Of a DNA stretch of 64,000 bases, positions 1 to 10,442 are shown piece after piece. The stretch is from positions 69,623 to 133,622 of the forward strand of contig JAUYQP010000049.1 of the NCBI GenBank assembly GCA_030697205.1. The letters run 5' to 3'. The position numbers were made by a program, and so were the translations under genes. The notes beneath the pieces were generated by a model. It saw nothing but the letters and a program-made list of their open reading frames with translations, searched no databases and was not told the origin of the DNA. Every line of letters starts with the position of its first letter. Position 1 is the stretch's first letter. The stretch comes from Mycobacteriales bacterium. Its GTDB lineage: Bacteria; Actinomycetota; Actinomycetes; Mycobacteriales; SCTD01.

Positions 1-43
1 CCCGGCGGTCCCGCACGAGATCGACGGTGTCGTTCGCCGCGAG

Positions 44-171
44 CCCGCAGTGTCTCGGTCAGTAGAGGTCACCCCAGCAACCCCGATCGACCGAGACAGC
101 ACCGGTCGCGCCGGGCCCGCAGTGTCTCGGTCAGTAGAGGTCACCCCAGCGACCCTGATCAACCGAGACAC
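44..171. repeat. Tandem pair of ~55-bp hairpin (REP-like) elements, family A
   Basis: Units 44-98 and 116-170 (period 72 bp) differ at ~5 positions. Each has inverted arms GTGTCTCGGTC...GACCGAGACA around a 28-nt loop. Lies in non-coding DNA 3' of greA. Confidence 0.8.
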
Positions 172-447
172 GGCACCCGGTCCGGCGCACGCGCCCGCGC
201 TGCCGCACGGCGGGACGAGCCGTGATCACCACGCAGAGCGACTCGTCACCAGCCGCGGGTACCGAGCGGATCGGCGCGCTGATCACGACGCATGTGCGTC
301 GCATCGGAAGGCTCGCTCTGGGGCGGGACGCGTCGCGGGAGTGCGGCTGCGCCTTGGCTAGCGCGAGGGAGACCGCACTGCTCGTTGGCCTGAACCGCAG
401 AGCTGCTCGCGCTGATCAGGCCTTCGGAGGGGGAGGGGCCGGGCTGG

Positions 448-951
448 TCAGGCCTCGACGTAGGGCGTGATCTCGACGATGCGCACCTTGGTCTCGCGCG
501 GGCCGAAGGTCACCGTGTCGCCGGCCGCGTGGCCGGCAATGGCCTGGCCGATCGGCGACTCGGGGGAGTAGACGTCGAGCGCGCCGATCTTGCCGCCGTC
601 GTCGGTGGCGTTCTCCCGGTTGGCGAACAGGAACTCCTCGACGTCGTCGTCGCCGTAGTCGACGCGCACGACGCAGCCCTCCTCGACCCGCTCGCCGGAG
701 GGTGTCTCGCCGACCCGGATGTCGCGCAGCAGCGCGGTGAGCTGGCGGATGCGGGCCTCGAGCTTGCCCTGCTCCTCCTTGGCCGCGTGGTAGCCGCCGT
801 TCTCCTTGAGGTCGCCCTCCTCGCGGGCCGCCTCGATCTTCGCGACGACCTCGTCGCGGCGGCTCCCGGTCATCTCGGCGAGCGTGGCCGTGAGCCGGGC
901 GTGGGCCTCCTGGCTGAGCCAGGTGGTCTGGGTGCCGGTCTCGCTGCTCAC
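448..951 (-). CDS. greA: Transcription elongation factor GreA
   Basis: 167 aa. N-terminal coiled-coil with KENGGYHAAKEEQ and C-terminal domain SPIGQAIAGH. Sits in the greA-DUF4307-mca block typical of actinobacteria. Confidence 0.95.
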   Translation of the reverse strand: MSSETGTQTTWLSQEAHARLTATLAEMTGSRRDEVVAKIEAAREEGDLKENGGYHAAKEEQGKLEARIRQLTALLRDIRVGETPSGERVEEGCVVRVDYGDDDVEEFLFANRENATDDGGKIGALDVYSPESPIGQAIAGHAAGDTVTFGPRETKVRIVEITPYVEA

Positions 952-990
952 GGGGTGCCTCCGGATAGGGGGAGTGGGAACGCCTCGATG

Positions 991-1416
991 CTACGGGGCG
1001 GGCGGCAGCGTGGTGGTTCCCTCGGGCAGCAGCTGGCAGCGCAGCACCTCGCCGAGGTTGGCGCGCGCGGTCGTCTGGACGACCTCGGTCAGCCGGGTGG
1101 TGCGCTCGCCGGCGGGTACGAGGACCCGCAGCTCGCCGAGCAGGTTGCGGTCGACGTCCTGGGCGCGCAGGTAGCACTGGGCGGCGCGGTCGGTCTGCTT
1201 CACGACGTCGAACTCGAGCGTCACCGAGCGGTCGGCGATGATCATCCGCTGCACCTGCACGTCGACCCGGCCGCCGAAGTCGTCGTAGAGCCGCACGACG
1301 CCGAACGTCACGCCGACGCCGAACAGCGCGGCACCGGTGATCACGAACCAGCGGTTGGGGGGGCGCTGCTCGTCGTACCTGCCCTCGGGTCGGCGGGGCT
1401 CGCCGGGGGTGGTCAC
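991..1416 (-). CDS. DUF4307-like single-pass membrane protein
   Basis: 141 aa. One TM helix ([19 protein letters not shown]) followed by a soluble domain. Position between greA and mca matches the Rv1081c-type protein. Confidence 0.75.
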   Translation of the reverse strand: MTTPGEPRRPEGRYDEQRPPNRWFVITGAALFGVGVTFGVVRLYDDFGGRVDVQVQRMIIADRSVTLEFDVVKQTDRAAQCYLRAQDVDRNLLGELRVLVPAGERTTRLTEVVQTTARANLGEVLRCQLLPEGTTTLPPAP

Positions 1417-1489
1417 GGGACTACTCCGATCGCGTGGGTGGTTGCCTGGTGGTGGGCATGTCCATGTTCCCAGGAGAGAGGGGCCGGCC

Positions 1490-2377
1490 GTGACGGCGGG
1501 TCAGGAGCAGCTGCGGCTGATGTGCGTGCACGCGCACCCGGACGACGAGTCGAGCAAGGGCGCGGCCACGATGGCGCGCTACGCGACTGAGGGCGTCGAC
1601 GTCCTCGTCGTGACTCTCACCGACGGCTCGCGCGGGTCGGTGCTCAACCCGGCGATGGACACCCCCGAGGTGCTCGCCGACATCACCGCGATCCGCGCGG
1701 CCGAGATGGAGCGGGCCCGCGAGATCCTCGGCGTGCGCCAGGTCTTCCTCGGCTTCGTCGACAGTGGCCTGCCCGAGGGCGACCCCCTGCCGCCGCTGCC
1801 CGAGGGCTGCTTCGCGGCCGGCGACCTCGAGGCGCAGACCGAGGCGCTGGTGCGCGTCGTGCGCGAGCAGCGCCCGCACGTGATGACGACCTACGACGAG
1901 AACGGCGGCTACCCGCACCCCGACCACATCCGCTGCCACGAGGTGTCGGTCGCGGCCTTCGAGGCGGCCGGTGACCCCGACCGCTTCCCCGACGCGGGCG
2001 AGCCCTGGCAGCCGCTGAAGCTCTACTACAACCTCACCTTCCACAAGAGCCGGCTGGAGCGCCTTCACCAGGCGATGCTCGCCGCGAAGATGGGCTCGCC
2101 CTACGCCGAGTGGCTCGTCAACTGGGAGGACAAGCCCGGCGACGCGGAGCGGCTGACGACCTCGGTGCCGTGCGCCGCCTTCTTCCCGGTCCGCGACGCC
2201 GCGCTCATCGCGCACGCGACCCAGGTCGACCCGACCGGGCGCTGGTTCGCCGTCCCCGTCGAGCTGCAGCAGGAGACCTGGCCCTTCGAGGACTTCCAGC
2301 TCGCCCGCAGCCTGGTCGACAGCGAGCTGCCCGAGGACGACCTGTTCGCCGGGGTCCGTGAGAGCGTGGGGGCATGA
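1490..2377 (+). CDS. mca: Mycothiol S-conjugate amidase (LmbE family)
   Basis: AHPDDE motif ([15 protein letters not shown]). GTG 1490 is preceded by GGAGAGAGGGG. The track start at 1337 adds a non-homologous N-terminus. Synteny with greA. Confidence 0.9.
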   Translation: MTAGQEQLRLMCVHAHPDDESSKGAATMARYATEGVDVLVVTLTDGSRGSVLNPAMDTPEVLADITAIRAAEMERAREILGVRQVFLGFVDSGLPEGDPLPPLPEGCFAAGDLEAQTEALVRVVREQRPHVMTTYDENGGYPHPDHIRCHEVSVAAFEAAGDPDRFPDAGEPWQPLKLYYNLTFHKSRLERLHQAMLAAKMGSPYAEWLVNWEDKPGDAERLTTSVPCAAFFPVRDAALIAHATQVDPTGRWFAVPVELQQETWPFEDFQLARSLVDSELPEDDLFAGVRESVGA

Positions 2378-2562
2378 CCCTCCCCTTCGCGTTGGACGCC
2401 GACGCCGTCAGCGCCGGGCCCTTCGCCCTGTTCATCGTGCTGGCGATGCTGGTCGTGACCGTGCTGCTCATCAAGAACATGGGCGGGCGCATCAAGAACC
2501 TCCCTGAGGAGTTCCCCGACGACCCGCGCGGGCTGCGCTCCCGCGACAAGGACACGCCCTAG
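2374..2562 (+). CDS. Small hypothetical membrane protein
   Basis: 62 aa. ATGA overlap with the mca stop. One hydrophobic helix ([19 protein letters not shown]) and a charged tail. Confidence 0.5.
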   Translation: MTLPFALDADAVSAGPFALFIVLAMLVVTVLLIKNMGGRIKNLPEEFPDDPRGLRSRDKDTP

Positions 2563-2571
2563 TACGACGGA

Positions 2572-2997
2572 CTAGTCGTCCGTCGCGCGCCGGGTCCGCT
2601 TGACCTGGCCGCGCTGCTTCTTCTCCTGCAGCCGCCGCTCCTGCGACCCCCGGGTCGGCTTGGTGGGGCGCCGCGCCCGCGGCGGTGGTGCGACGGCCTC
2701 GCGCAGCAGCTGGGCCAGCCGGCGCTCGGCGGCCTCGCGGTTCTGCAGCTGGCTGCGCTGCTCGCTCGCGGCCACGGTCAGGACGCCGTCGACGAGCCGG
2801 GACGCCAGGCGGGCCAGGGCGCGGGTGCGCTGCAGGTCGGTCAGCGCGGTCGAGCGCGCGACGTCGTACGACAGCTCTGCCCTGCTGTCGCTGGTGTTGA
2901 CCGACTGACCGCCCGGGCCCCTCGACCGGCTGAAGCGCCACGACAGCTCGGACTCGGGCACGACGAGGCTCGACGTCACCTGCAGCGGACCGGGCAC
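2572..2997 (-). CDS. arfB: Alternative ribosome-rescue factor ArfB (peptidyl-tRNA hydrolase, YaeJ type)
   Basis: 141 aa. GGQ motif (RGPGGQSVNT) and a basic C-terminal tail (KKQRGQVKRTRR). Confidence 0.85.
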   Translation of the reverse strand: MPGPLQVTSSLVVPESELSWRFSRSRGPGGQSVNTSDSRAELSYDVARSTALTDLQRTRALARLASRLVDGVLTVAASEQRSQLQNREAAERRLAQLLREAVAPPPRARRPTKPTRGSQERRLQEKKQRGQVKRTRRATDD

Positions 2998-3028
2998 GAG
3001 AGCAGTCTGCCCGCGGCCGCCAAGGGAT

Positions 3029-3147
3029 TGTGGCGATCACGCGCGCTGAGGTCCCGCGGCGTGATCGCCACATCGGCACGACGCCCGCCGGTCACTCCCG
3101 GGATGTGGCGATCACGCACGCTGAGGTCCCGCGGCGTGATCGCCACA
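3029..3147. repeat. Tandem pair of 44-bp hairpin (REP-like) elements, family B
   Basis: Copies at 3029-3072 and 3104-3147 (period 75 bp), 1 mismatch. Each has 14-bp arms TGTGGCGATCACGC / GCGTGATCGCCACA around a 16-nt loop. Lies between the MFS stop and the arfB start. Confidence 0.85.
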
Positions 3148-3181
3148 TCTGGGCGGGCGGCGCGCGGTGAGCGGGAGCCAG

Positions 3182-4795
3182 CTAGAGGTGGGCGGCCTCG
3201 GCGCGGGCCTGCTCGGCCTCGCGGGCCTCGAGCCCCGACATCTCACGCAGGTGCGTCACCTCGAGGCGCAGCGACAGCAGGAACGCCGGCACCATCAGGC
3301 AGGCCACGACGAGGAACGCGGTCTGCATCGAGTCGGTGAAGCCCTGCAGGACGGCGGTGCGCACCGCGTCGGGCAGGGTGGCGATGACGGTGGTGTCGTC
3401 GAGGGCGGAGCTCTCGCCGAAGCGGTCGACGACGGCCTGCGGCAGGCCGGCCTGCACGGCGCGGTCCTGGATGCGGCCGACGACGGTGCCGAACAGGATC
3501 GACAGGCTGATCGCCGCGCCGAGGGTGCCGCCGACCGAGCGGAAGAAGGTCACCGACGAGGTGGCGACGCCGATGTCGCTGGCGGGCAGGGCGTTCTGCA
3601 CGCCGATGACGAGGGTCTGCATGGACAGGCCGAGCCCGCAGCCGAGGACGGCGACGCAGGTGAGCGGGACCCATAGCGCCGTGTCGTACTCGACGAAGGA
3701 CAGTCCGAGCAGCGCACCACCGATGAGCAGCGTGCCGGGGATCGGGTAGCGCAGCATCCGGCCGGTGCGTGAGGTGATGCGACCGACGGCCATCGACGTG
3801 GTGAGCATGCCGGCCATGAGCGGCAGCATGAGCAGGCCGGCCCGCGTCGGGGACTCGTCGCGCACGATCTGCAGGTAGAGCGGGACGAGCAGCAGGCCGC
3901 CGAACATCACGGTGCCGATGAGCAGCGACAGCGCGGTGCTGACGCGGAAGGTCTTGTAGGAGAAGACCCGCAGCGGCAGGACGGCGTCCTCGCCCATCCG
4001 GCGCTCCCACGGCACGAACGCGACGAGCGACGCGATGCTCGTCACGAGCAGCCCCACGACCAGTGGTGAGCCCCACCCCCAGGTGCGCCCCTGCTCGGCG
4101 ACGAGCAGCAGCGGCACGATCGCGCTCGACAGCAGGCCGGCGCCGACCGCGTCGATGCGGTGCTCGCGCCGGGTGTGCGGCAGGTGCAGCACCTTGGTGA
4201 TGACGACGAAGGCGAGGATGCCGAGCGGCACGTTGACGTAGAAGATCCAGCGCCAGCCGGCGGTGCCGAGCAGGGTGTCCTGGCCGGCGAGGAAGCCGCC
4301 GAGGATCGGGCCGAGGACGCTCGAGGTGGCGAAGACGCTCATGATGCGGGCCTGGTAGCGGGCGCGCTCGCGGGGCTTGACGAGGTCGGCGACGATCGTG
4401 AAGGCCAGTGACAGCAGGCCTCCTGCGCCCACCCCCTGGACACCGCGCCAGACGGCGAGCTCGTAGATGGAGCTCGACGTGCCGCACAGCATCGAGCCGA
4501 CGACGAAGACCGCGATCGCAAAGAGGTAGAGGGGCTTGCGGCCGTAGAGGTCCGACAGCTTGCCGTAGAGCGGCGTCGAGATGGTCGAGGCGATGAGGTA
4601 CGCCGTGGTCGCCCACGCCTGCGCGGTCTGGCCGTTGAGGTCGTCGGCGATGGTGCGCATGGCGGTGGACACGACGGTCTGGTCGAGGCTCGCGAGCAGC
4701 ATCCCGAGCATGAGGCCGTAGATGACCGCGACGACCTGGCGGTGGGTGGGGGAGCCGGTCGGTGTCACGGGTGGCGCGTCGGTGCGGGTGGTCAT
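3182..4795 (-). CDS. MFS drug-efflux transporter, DHA2 (EmrB/QacA) type
   Basis: 538 aa starting at MTTRTDAPP. Contains LDQTVVSTAM and GKLSDLYGRKP motifs and about 14 hydrophobic segments. ATGA overlap with the upstream MarR. It is the real part of the 1107-aa track ORF. Confidence 0.9.
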   Translation of the reverse strand: MTTRTDAPPVTPTGSPTHRQVVAVIYGLMLGMLLASLDQTVVSTAMRTIADDLNGQTAQAWATTAYLIASTISTPLYGKLSDLYGRKPLYLFAIAVFVVGSMLCGTSSSIYELAVWRGVQGVGAGGLLSLAFTIVADLVKPRERARYQARIMSVFATSSVLGPILGGFLAGQDTLLGTAGWRWIFYVNVPLGILAFVVITKVLHLPHTRREHRIDAVGAGLLSSAIVPLLLVAEQGRTWGWGSPLVVGLLVTSIASLVAFVPWERRMGEDAVLPLRVFSYKTFRVSTALSLLIGTVMFGGLLLVPLYLQIVRDESPTRAGLLMLPLMAGMLTTSMAVGRITSRTGRMLRYPIPGTLLIGGALLGLSFVEYDTALWVPLTCVAVLGCGLGLSMQTLVIGVQNALPASDIGVATSSVTFFRSVGGTLGAAISLSILFGTVVGRIQDRAVQAGLPQAVVDRFGESSALDDTTVIATLPDAVRTAVLQGFTDSMQTAFLVVACLMVPAFLLSLRLEVTHLREMSGLEAREAEQARAEAAHL

Positions 4796-5304
4796 CGGGA
4801 CAGCTCCAGGGGCAGCTCCGCGCGCAGGTCGCGGGTGAAGCGGGAGAGCAATCCGGCGAGCTCGGACAGCTCTGCCTCGTCCCAGTCGGGCAGGCGACGG
4901 GCCATCGCGGCGATCCGCGCGCCGCGGACGGCGTCGATGGTCTGCCGGCCCGTGGCGGTGAGGTCCAGCAGCGATGCGCGGGAGTCGAGGGGGTCGCGGG
5001 AGCGGGCGAGCAGCCCGGCCCGCTCGAGGGACGCGACCTGCCGGCTCACGGTCGACAGGTCGAGGCGCAGCTCGTCGGCGACGGCCGACAGCCGGGCCGG
5101 GCCGCCGCGCTCGACCTGGGCGAGCACGCCCATGCCCGGCATCTCCAGGCGCAGCCCGATCTCGCGGGTAGCCTCCTCGTGCAACGACTTGAGCACGCGC
5201 ACGACGTCGACCATCTGCCGCGCCACCTCGTCGAGCGCCTCGCTCACCACTTCCCCCAGATGCTTGTGTGCTGCAAGCATGTGGCACGACGTGCCGCGCT
5301 GCAA
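4792..5304 (-). CDS. MarR family transcriptional regulator
   Basis: Winged-helix block LSAVADELRLDLSTVSRQVASLERAGLLARSRDPLDSR. Coupled to the MFS gene. The start could instead be ATG 5280. Confidence 0.85.
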   Translation of the reverse strand: MQRGTSCHMLAAHKHLGEVVSEALDEVARQMVDVVRVLKSLHEEATREIGLRLEMPGMGVLAQVERGGPARLSAVADELRLDLSTVSRQVASLERAGLLARSRDPLDSRASLLDLTATGRQTIDAVRGARIAAMARRLPDWDEAELSELAGLLSRFTRDLRAELPLELSR

Positions 5305-5377
5305 GGCGGATCCGGGTGACGCTGCTCACCTGTCGGGTCGCCGGGGCCGCCCTCAGTCGCGGCGCTAGCGTCGACGC

Positions 5378-6145
<768 letters not shown>

Positions 6146-6833
6146 GCCCACTGGGACCGGACCGGTCGCAGCAGCGTCGCCGGGTCGAGCCGCTCCCGCG
6201 GAGCGGTCTCGCGGGCGGCGAGCTTCTCGGGCAGGACTGCGGTGGGGTCGTGGCGGCCGACGGCCACGACGGTCTGGGGCACGAGGGCCTGGGGAGCGCC
6301 GGCCGGGTCGGTCCCGAGCAGGCGCGTCACCACCTCGGTGTCGAAGCCGCCCATCTGGTGGACGGCCAGGCCCATCGCCTGTGCCTGCAACGACAGGTGC
6401 GCGACGGCCTGCCCGGTGTCGTAGGCCGCCCAGCGCAGGGGCTTGCCCTCGTCGGTGACGGTCACCGCGGCGGCCACGAGCAGCGCCGACGCGGCCGGCG
6501 CCCACTGCTGGTTCCAGCCGACGAGGGCGTCGACGACGGCCGCGTGCTCCGGCATACCTCGATGTGCCACGGCGAAGCGCCAGGGCTGGCTGTTGCTGGC
6601 GCTCGGCGCCCAGCGCGCCGCCTCCAGCAGCGCCCCGACGTCGTCATCGGTGAGGACGTGGGTCGCGTCGAAGGAGCGCGGGCTCCAGCGGGCGGCGAGC
6701 AGCGGGTGCAGGGCGGTCACCCCCGGGCCAACCGCCTGCCAGGTCGTGGCCTTCCCGAGCCGTGGTCCCACGGCCCGGACGGCCGTCTGGGGTCCCGGGA
6801 CCCGAGACGGCATGTCCCGTCAGCCGCTGCGAT

Positions 6834-9350
6834 CTACCGAGGCACCTGCCGGACGGCCTCGCCCCGCGGTGTGGGGAGCGCCGGCAAGGTCTGCAGGAGC
6901 GCGTCGACGGCCGCTGCCGCAACCGGTCGGGAGAACAGGTAGCCCTGGGCCCGGTGGCACCCGAGCTCCGCGAGCACGTTGCGCTCGGTCTCGCGCTCGA
7001 CCCCTTCGGCCACGACCGTGATGCCGATCTCGGCGGCGAAGGCGAGGACCCCGCGGACGAAGCGACGGCTACCGCCGTCCTGGTCCACCCCGGTCACGAA
7101 CGATCGGTCGATCTTGACCTCGTCGATCGGGAGGTCCCTCAGTCGAGCCAGGGAGCTCAGCCCGATCCCGAAGTCGTCGACGGACAGCCGGATCCCGAAC
7201 TGCCTGAGCCGGACGCACGCGGCATGGCTGACGACCGTGTCCGCCAGGACCTCGGTCTCGGTGATCTCCAGCACGAGACGGTCGCCCGGGATTCCGTGCC
7301 GTCGCAACGTCGTGACGACCATCTCGACGAGGCCGGGCGTCGACAGCTGTGTCGGACTGAGGTTCACGGCTCCGCACACCTTCGAACCACCCGGTAGGGC
7401 GGTCCATCGCGCCAGCTGCTCGCAGGTCGTCTCGAGCACGAACTGGAACAGCTGGCCGATGAGATGGCACTTTTCGGCGACGGGGACGAACACCTCCGGT
7501 GAGATGGATCTGCCCTCGGGTTCCCACCGGGCGAGTGCCTCGAGGGTGTGAACTTGACGGCTGGCCAGGTCGACGATGGGCTGGAACACCACGGTGAGCT
7601 GCCGTGCCTGCAGTGCCGCGCAGAGGGAACGCCCCAGGTCCAGGTCATCCAGCTCGTCGAGCTGGAGGCCTGCGGTGTGCAGCAGGACGTCAGCCTTGCC
7701 CTGGCGCTTGACGGCGTACATCGCCACGTCTGCGCGCGTCAGCAGCTCGTCGACCGTGGGGGTGTCGTCACGGGGTTCGACGACGGCCACGCCCGCACTC
7801 GCCAGCACGCAGACCTCATGGCCAGTGATCACGAAGGGCGAGCGAAGGCTGTCCAGCATCGACCGCGCGACATCGACGGGCCCTGACCCGTCCTCGAGCA
7901 GCACGGCGAACTCGTCCCCGCCCAGCCGGGCGAGGGTGTCCGCTTCGGAGAGCTCCCCCCACAGGCGCTGGGCGACCAGCTTGAGGAGCTCGTCCCCAGC
8001 TGCGTGGCCCCTGGCGTCGTTGACGGCCTTGAAGCCGTCCAGGTCCAGGAAGCAGATGGCCAGGCTTCGCCTGTCCCGGCGGTGCAGCTCCAGGGCGTGC
8101 GTCACCCGATCGACGTAGAGCGCCCGGTTGGCGAGGCCGGTCAAGCCGTCGTGGAAGGCCTGGTACCGCAGGTCGGCCTCCCGGCCGGCGAGTGCCACGG
8201 CTAGCTGCTGGTTGTTACGGACGGTCAGGAACTGCCGGGAGAGCACCAGCACCACGAGGAACGCGGTCAGTGACACCTCGACTGTCGAGGGGCGAAGGCC
8301 GCTGGCGTACCTCCAGCCGATGAAGCTGAGCGCGGTCGCGAGCGGGACGTAGGGCAGTGCGGCGCCGGCGACCGCGACCGCGTGCTCCTCGACCGCGCTG
8401 CAGGTCGCCCCTCGCGCCTGCGGTGCGAGGGCCAGCACGCTGAAGGCGAGGATCCAACCCAGGGCGACCGGGTTGCCCGACTCGTAGGTCCCCTGAGCCG
8501 TGAGGTAGGCGAAGCCGCTGTCGGAGAGCGCCATCAGCGCCAGCCCGGCCGCGACACAGCCGAGCGGTACGCGGTGAGACCTCGACCGCGACATGACGAG
8601 CACGCACAGGACGAGCAGCGCCAGGTCGGACAGCGGGTAGGACACCGACACGATCGTCGACAGCCGCGAGTCGCCACCTGCATGGACCACGGCTCCGAGC
8701 GCAGTTGTCCAGGAGACGAGTCCGATGGCGGTCGCGACCATCAACCCGTCCATGGCCATCCGTCGCCGGTCCGTCTGGGAGGCGCCGCTCGGGAAGACAG
8801 CCAGGGCGATCATGGCGCCGACAGGGAAGCCCAGGAACCCGATGTCGGCGGCAGAGGGAAAGGGCGTCTCACTCTGCAGCACGAGCTCGTACGTGGACCA
8901 GATCGCCTGCCCGATCGTCCAGGAGAGACAGGCGACGGCCAAGGCGGCCCATCCCCAGCACAGCCGTCCGGTCGCTGCCATGGCAGCCAAGGCACAGCTG
9001 ACCGAGGCGAGCAGTGCCGCGAGCAACTGGCTCAGGTCATCGACGGCTGGACCGACCTGATCGGTCAGGTGAGCGCACGTGACCGCGATCACCAGCAGCA
9101 CGGTGGAGACGGCCATGAGTCGTCGTGCCAGCTCGAGCCGGGATGCTCGCGTGCGCGTCACGGGTCGACCGTGCCGGGGCGGCCATCGGCCCCCGGTTCG
9201 GCGTGGGCTTCTCCGCTCCGGTCGCACCGCCCAGGTCGGCTGCGGCACTGCCACGAACCGACTCATGACGGCGACGACCTCTGACGGTGGGGAAGCGACT
9301 CGCCTACGACGAGAGGTCCCCATCGGCTGTCGTCGGCAGATGTTGAGCAA
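6834..9350 (-). CDS. Membrane-bound GGDEF-EAL protein (c-di-GMP turnover)
   Basis: N-terminal multi-TM region, then GGDEF (RLGGDEFAVLL) and EAL (LEALARW, EITE, DDFG) motifs, all apparently intact. The start is uncertain (ATG 9266 or 9116 are alternatives). Confidence 0.9.
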   Translation of the reverse strand: MLNICRRQPMGTSRRRRVASPPSEVVAVMSRFVAVPQPTWAVRPERRSPRRTGGRWPPRHGRPVTRTRASRLELARRLMAVSTVLLVIAVTCAHLTDQVGPAVDDLSQLLAALLASVSCALAAMAATGRLCWGWAALAVACLSWTIGQAIWSTYELVLQSETPFPSAADIGFLGFPVGAMIALAVFPSGASQTDRRRMAMDGLMVATAIGLVSWTTALGAVVHAGGDSRLSTIVSVSYPLSDLALLVLCVLVMSRSRSHRVPLGCVAAGLALMALSDSGFAYLTAQGTYESGNPVALGWILAFSVLALAPQARGATCSAVEEHAVAVAGAALPYVPLATALSFIGWRYASGLRPSTVEVSLTAFLVVLVLSRQFLTVRNNQQLAVALAGREADLRYQAFHDGLTGLANRALYVDRVTHALELHRRDRRSLAICFLDLDGFKAVNDARGHAAGDELLKLVAQRLWGELSEADTLARLGGDEFAVLLEDGSGPVDVARSMLDSLRSPFVITGHEVCVLASAGVAVVEPRDDTPTVDELLTRADVAMYAVKRQGKADVLLHTAGLQLDELDDLDLGRSLCAALQARQLTVVFQPIVDLASRQVHTLEALARWEPEGRSISPEVFVPVAEKCHLIGQLFQFVLETTCEQLARWTALPGGSKVCGAVNLSPTQLSTPGLVEMVVTTLRRHGIPGDRLVLEITETEVLADTVVSHAACVRLRQFGIRLSVDDFGIGLSSLARLRDLPIDEVKIDRSFVTGVDQDGGSRRFVRGVLAFAAEIGITVVAEGVERETERNVLAELGCHRAQGYLFSRPVAAAAVDALLQTLPALPTPRGEAVRQVPR

Positions 9351-9446
9351 CGGGTGCGACTCAGGTCACCTCTCCCGCGCGGCTGCCATCGGTCTGGGTG
9401 CTCCCCCTGGGCCCAGGACGCCACCTGACAGGCTGGCCGACATGGG

Positions 9447-10310
9447 TCAAGGCCCGAGTGAGGTGATCGGGATGACGTGGACTCCGTCAGGCCGGCGCCC
9501 GGCATGGCCGGTGCTCGTGATCACAGCGAGTGCAGCCGATTCGCCGTGACGGGCGGTGTACACACTCGACGCGAACTTCAGCAGGGAGGCGGCAGCGACG
9601 TCTGTCGCCTGGGGGTTGAGCTTGACCTCGAAGGCCGCCCACCGTCCTCCGGGCAGCGTGACGACGGCGTCCACCTCGCGGCCGTTGGCGTCGCGCCAGG
9701 ACTCGACGATGCCTCCGAGTGGTTGTGAGTCGACCCCAAGTCGCGTATGACCATCGCCTCGAAGTGGAAGACAGCCGCCTCGAGGTCCGCGAGCAGCTCG
9801 GCGCTGCCGATGCCGAGAGCCGCGGGGTGTTGAGCGCCACGTTGGTTGACGAAGTACCGGACCGGCGCGCTGCGGAGTCGGGTGCGGGAGCGCATGTGCG
9901 GACGCCAGGCTTCGCTGGCCTCGGTCAGGATGAGCCGCTCGAGGGCGTCGAGGTAGTTGTGCAGGGTCTCGGGGGCAACGGGTCCACGATCGCCCCCGAC
10001 GTCCTGCTCCAGCTCGGTGCGCTTGGCTGGCTGGCCAACGGATCTGGCCAAGGACTCCAGCAGGCGCCTGACGTTCCTGGGGTTCCGCTGGGGGCCCATG
10101 GCAGGGACGTCCACCTCGCTGATGTGCTGCACGTAGTCGCCGGGCCACGCCCTGGCTTCCGCTTCACCGACGCCGAGGAGGCCCGGCCACCCTCCGATCA
10201 CGACGCGTTCCATCAGCTCCGGCACAGGGAGCTCGATGGCCTGTCCCGTGCATCGCCTTCCGGAGCAGCGCGAAGGCCGGCGCGTCGCCTGAGCCGCGCG
10301 ACCCGGAGGG
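9447..10310 (-). pseudogene. DUF4143-type AAA ATPase, 5'-truncated and frameshifted
   Basis: Homology runs across at least 2-3 frames: GGWPGLLG...RYFVN...LADLEAAVFHFEAMVIRDL, then LGGIVESWRDANGREVDAVV...AAFEVKL. The Walker/AAA half is absent. Confidence 0.7.
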
Positions 10311-10442
10311 ATGGAACGGCGGCTGGCAACCTCAGTCGTCCCCTTCAGGGCGACCGACCGCGACGCCCTCTCCGTCGCCGACGTCCTTCTTCTCGAGACC
10401 GGCCGGCCGACCTCGGCGGCTGCGCGTCGAGGTGCTGAGGGA

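Noticed and set aside
1-43. Possible partial gene at the left window edge
   Set aside because: Only 43 nt precede the family A repeat. No frame can be supported from so little sequence.
44-171. Could the tandem hairpin repeats (here, and at 3029-3147 and 46045-46175) be mini CRISPR arrays?
   Set aside because: Each locus has only two copies. The units are 44-56 bp with 17-31 bp between them. No cas genes or leader-like sequence are present, and the 'spacer' between copies is partly shared flank. A REP-like explanation fits better.
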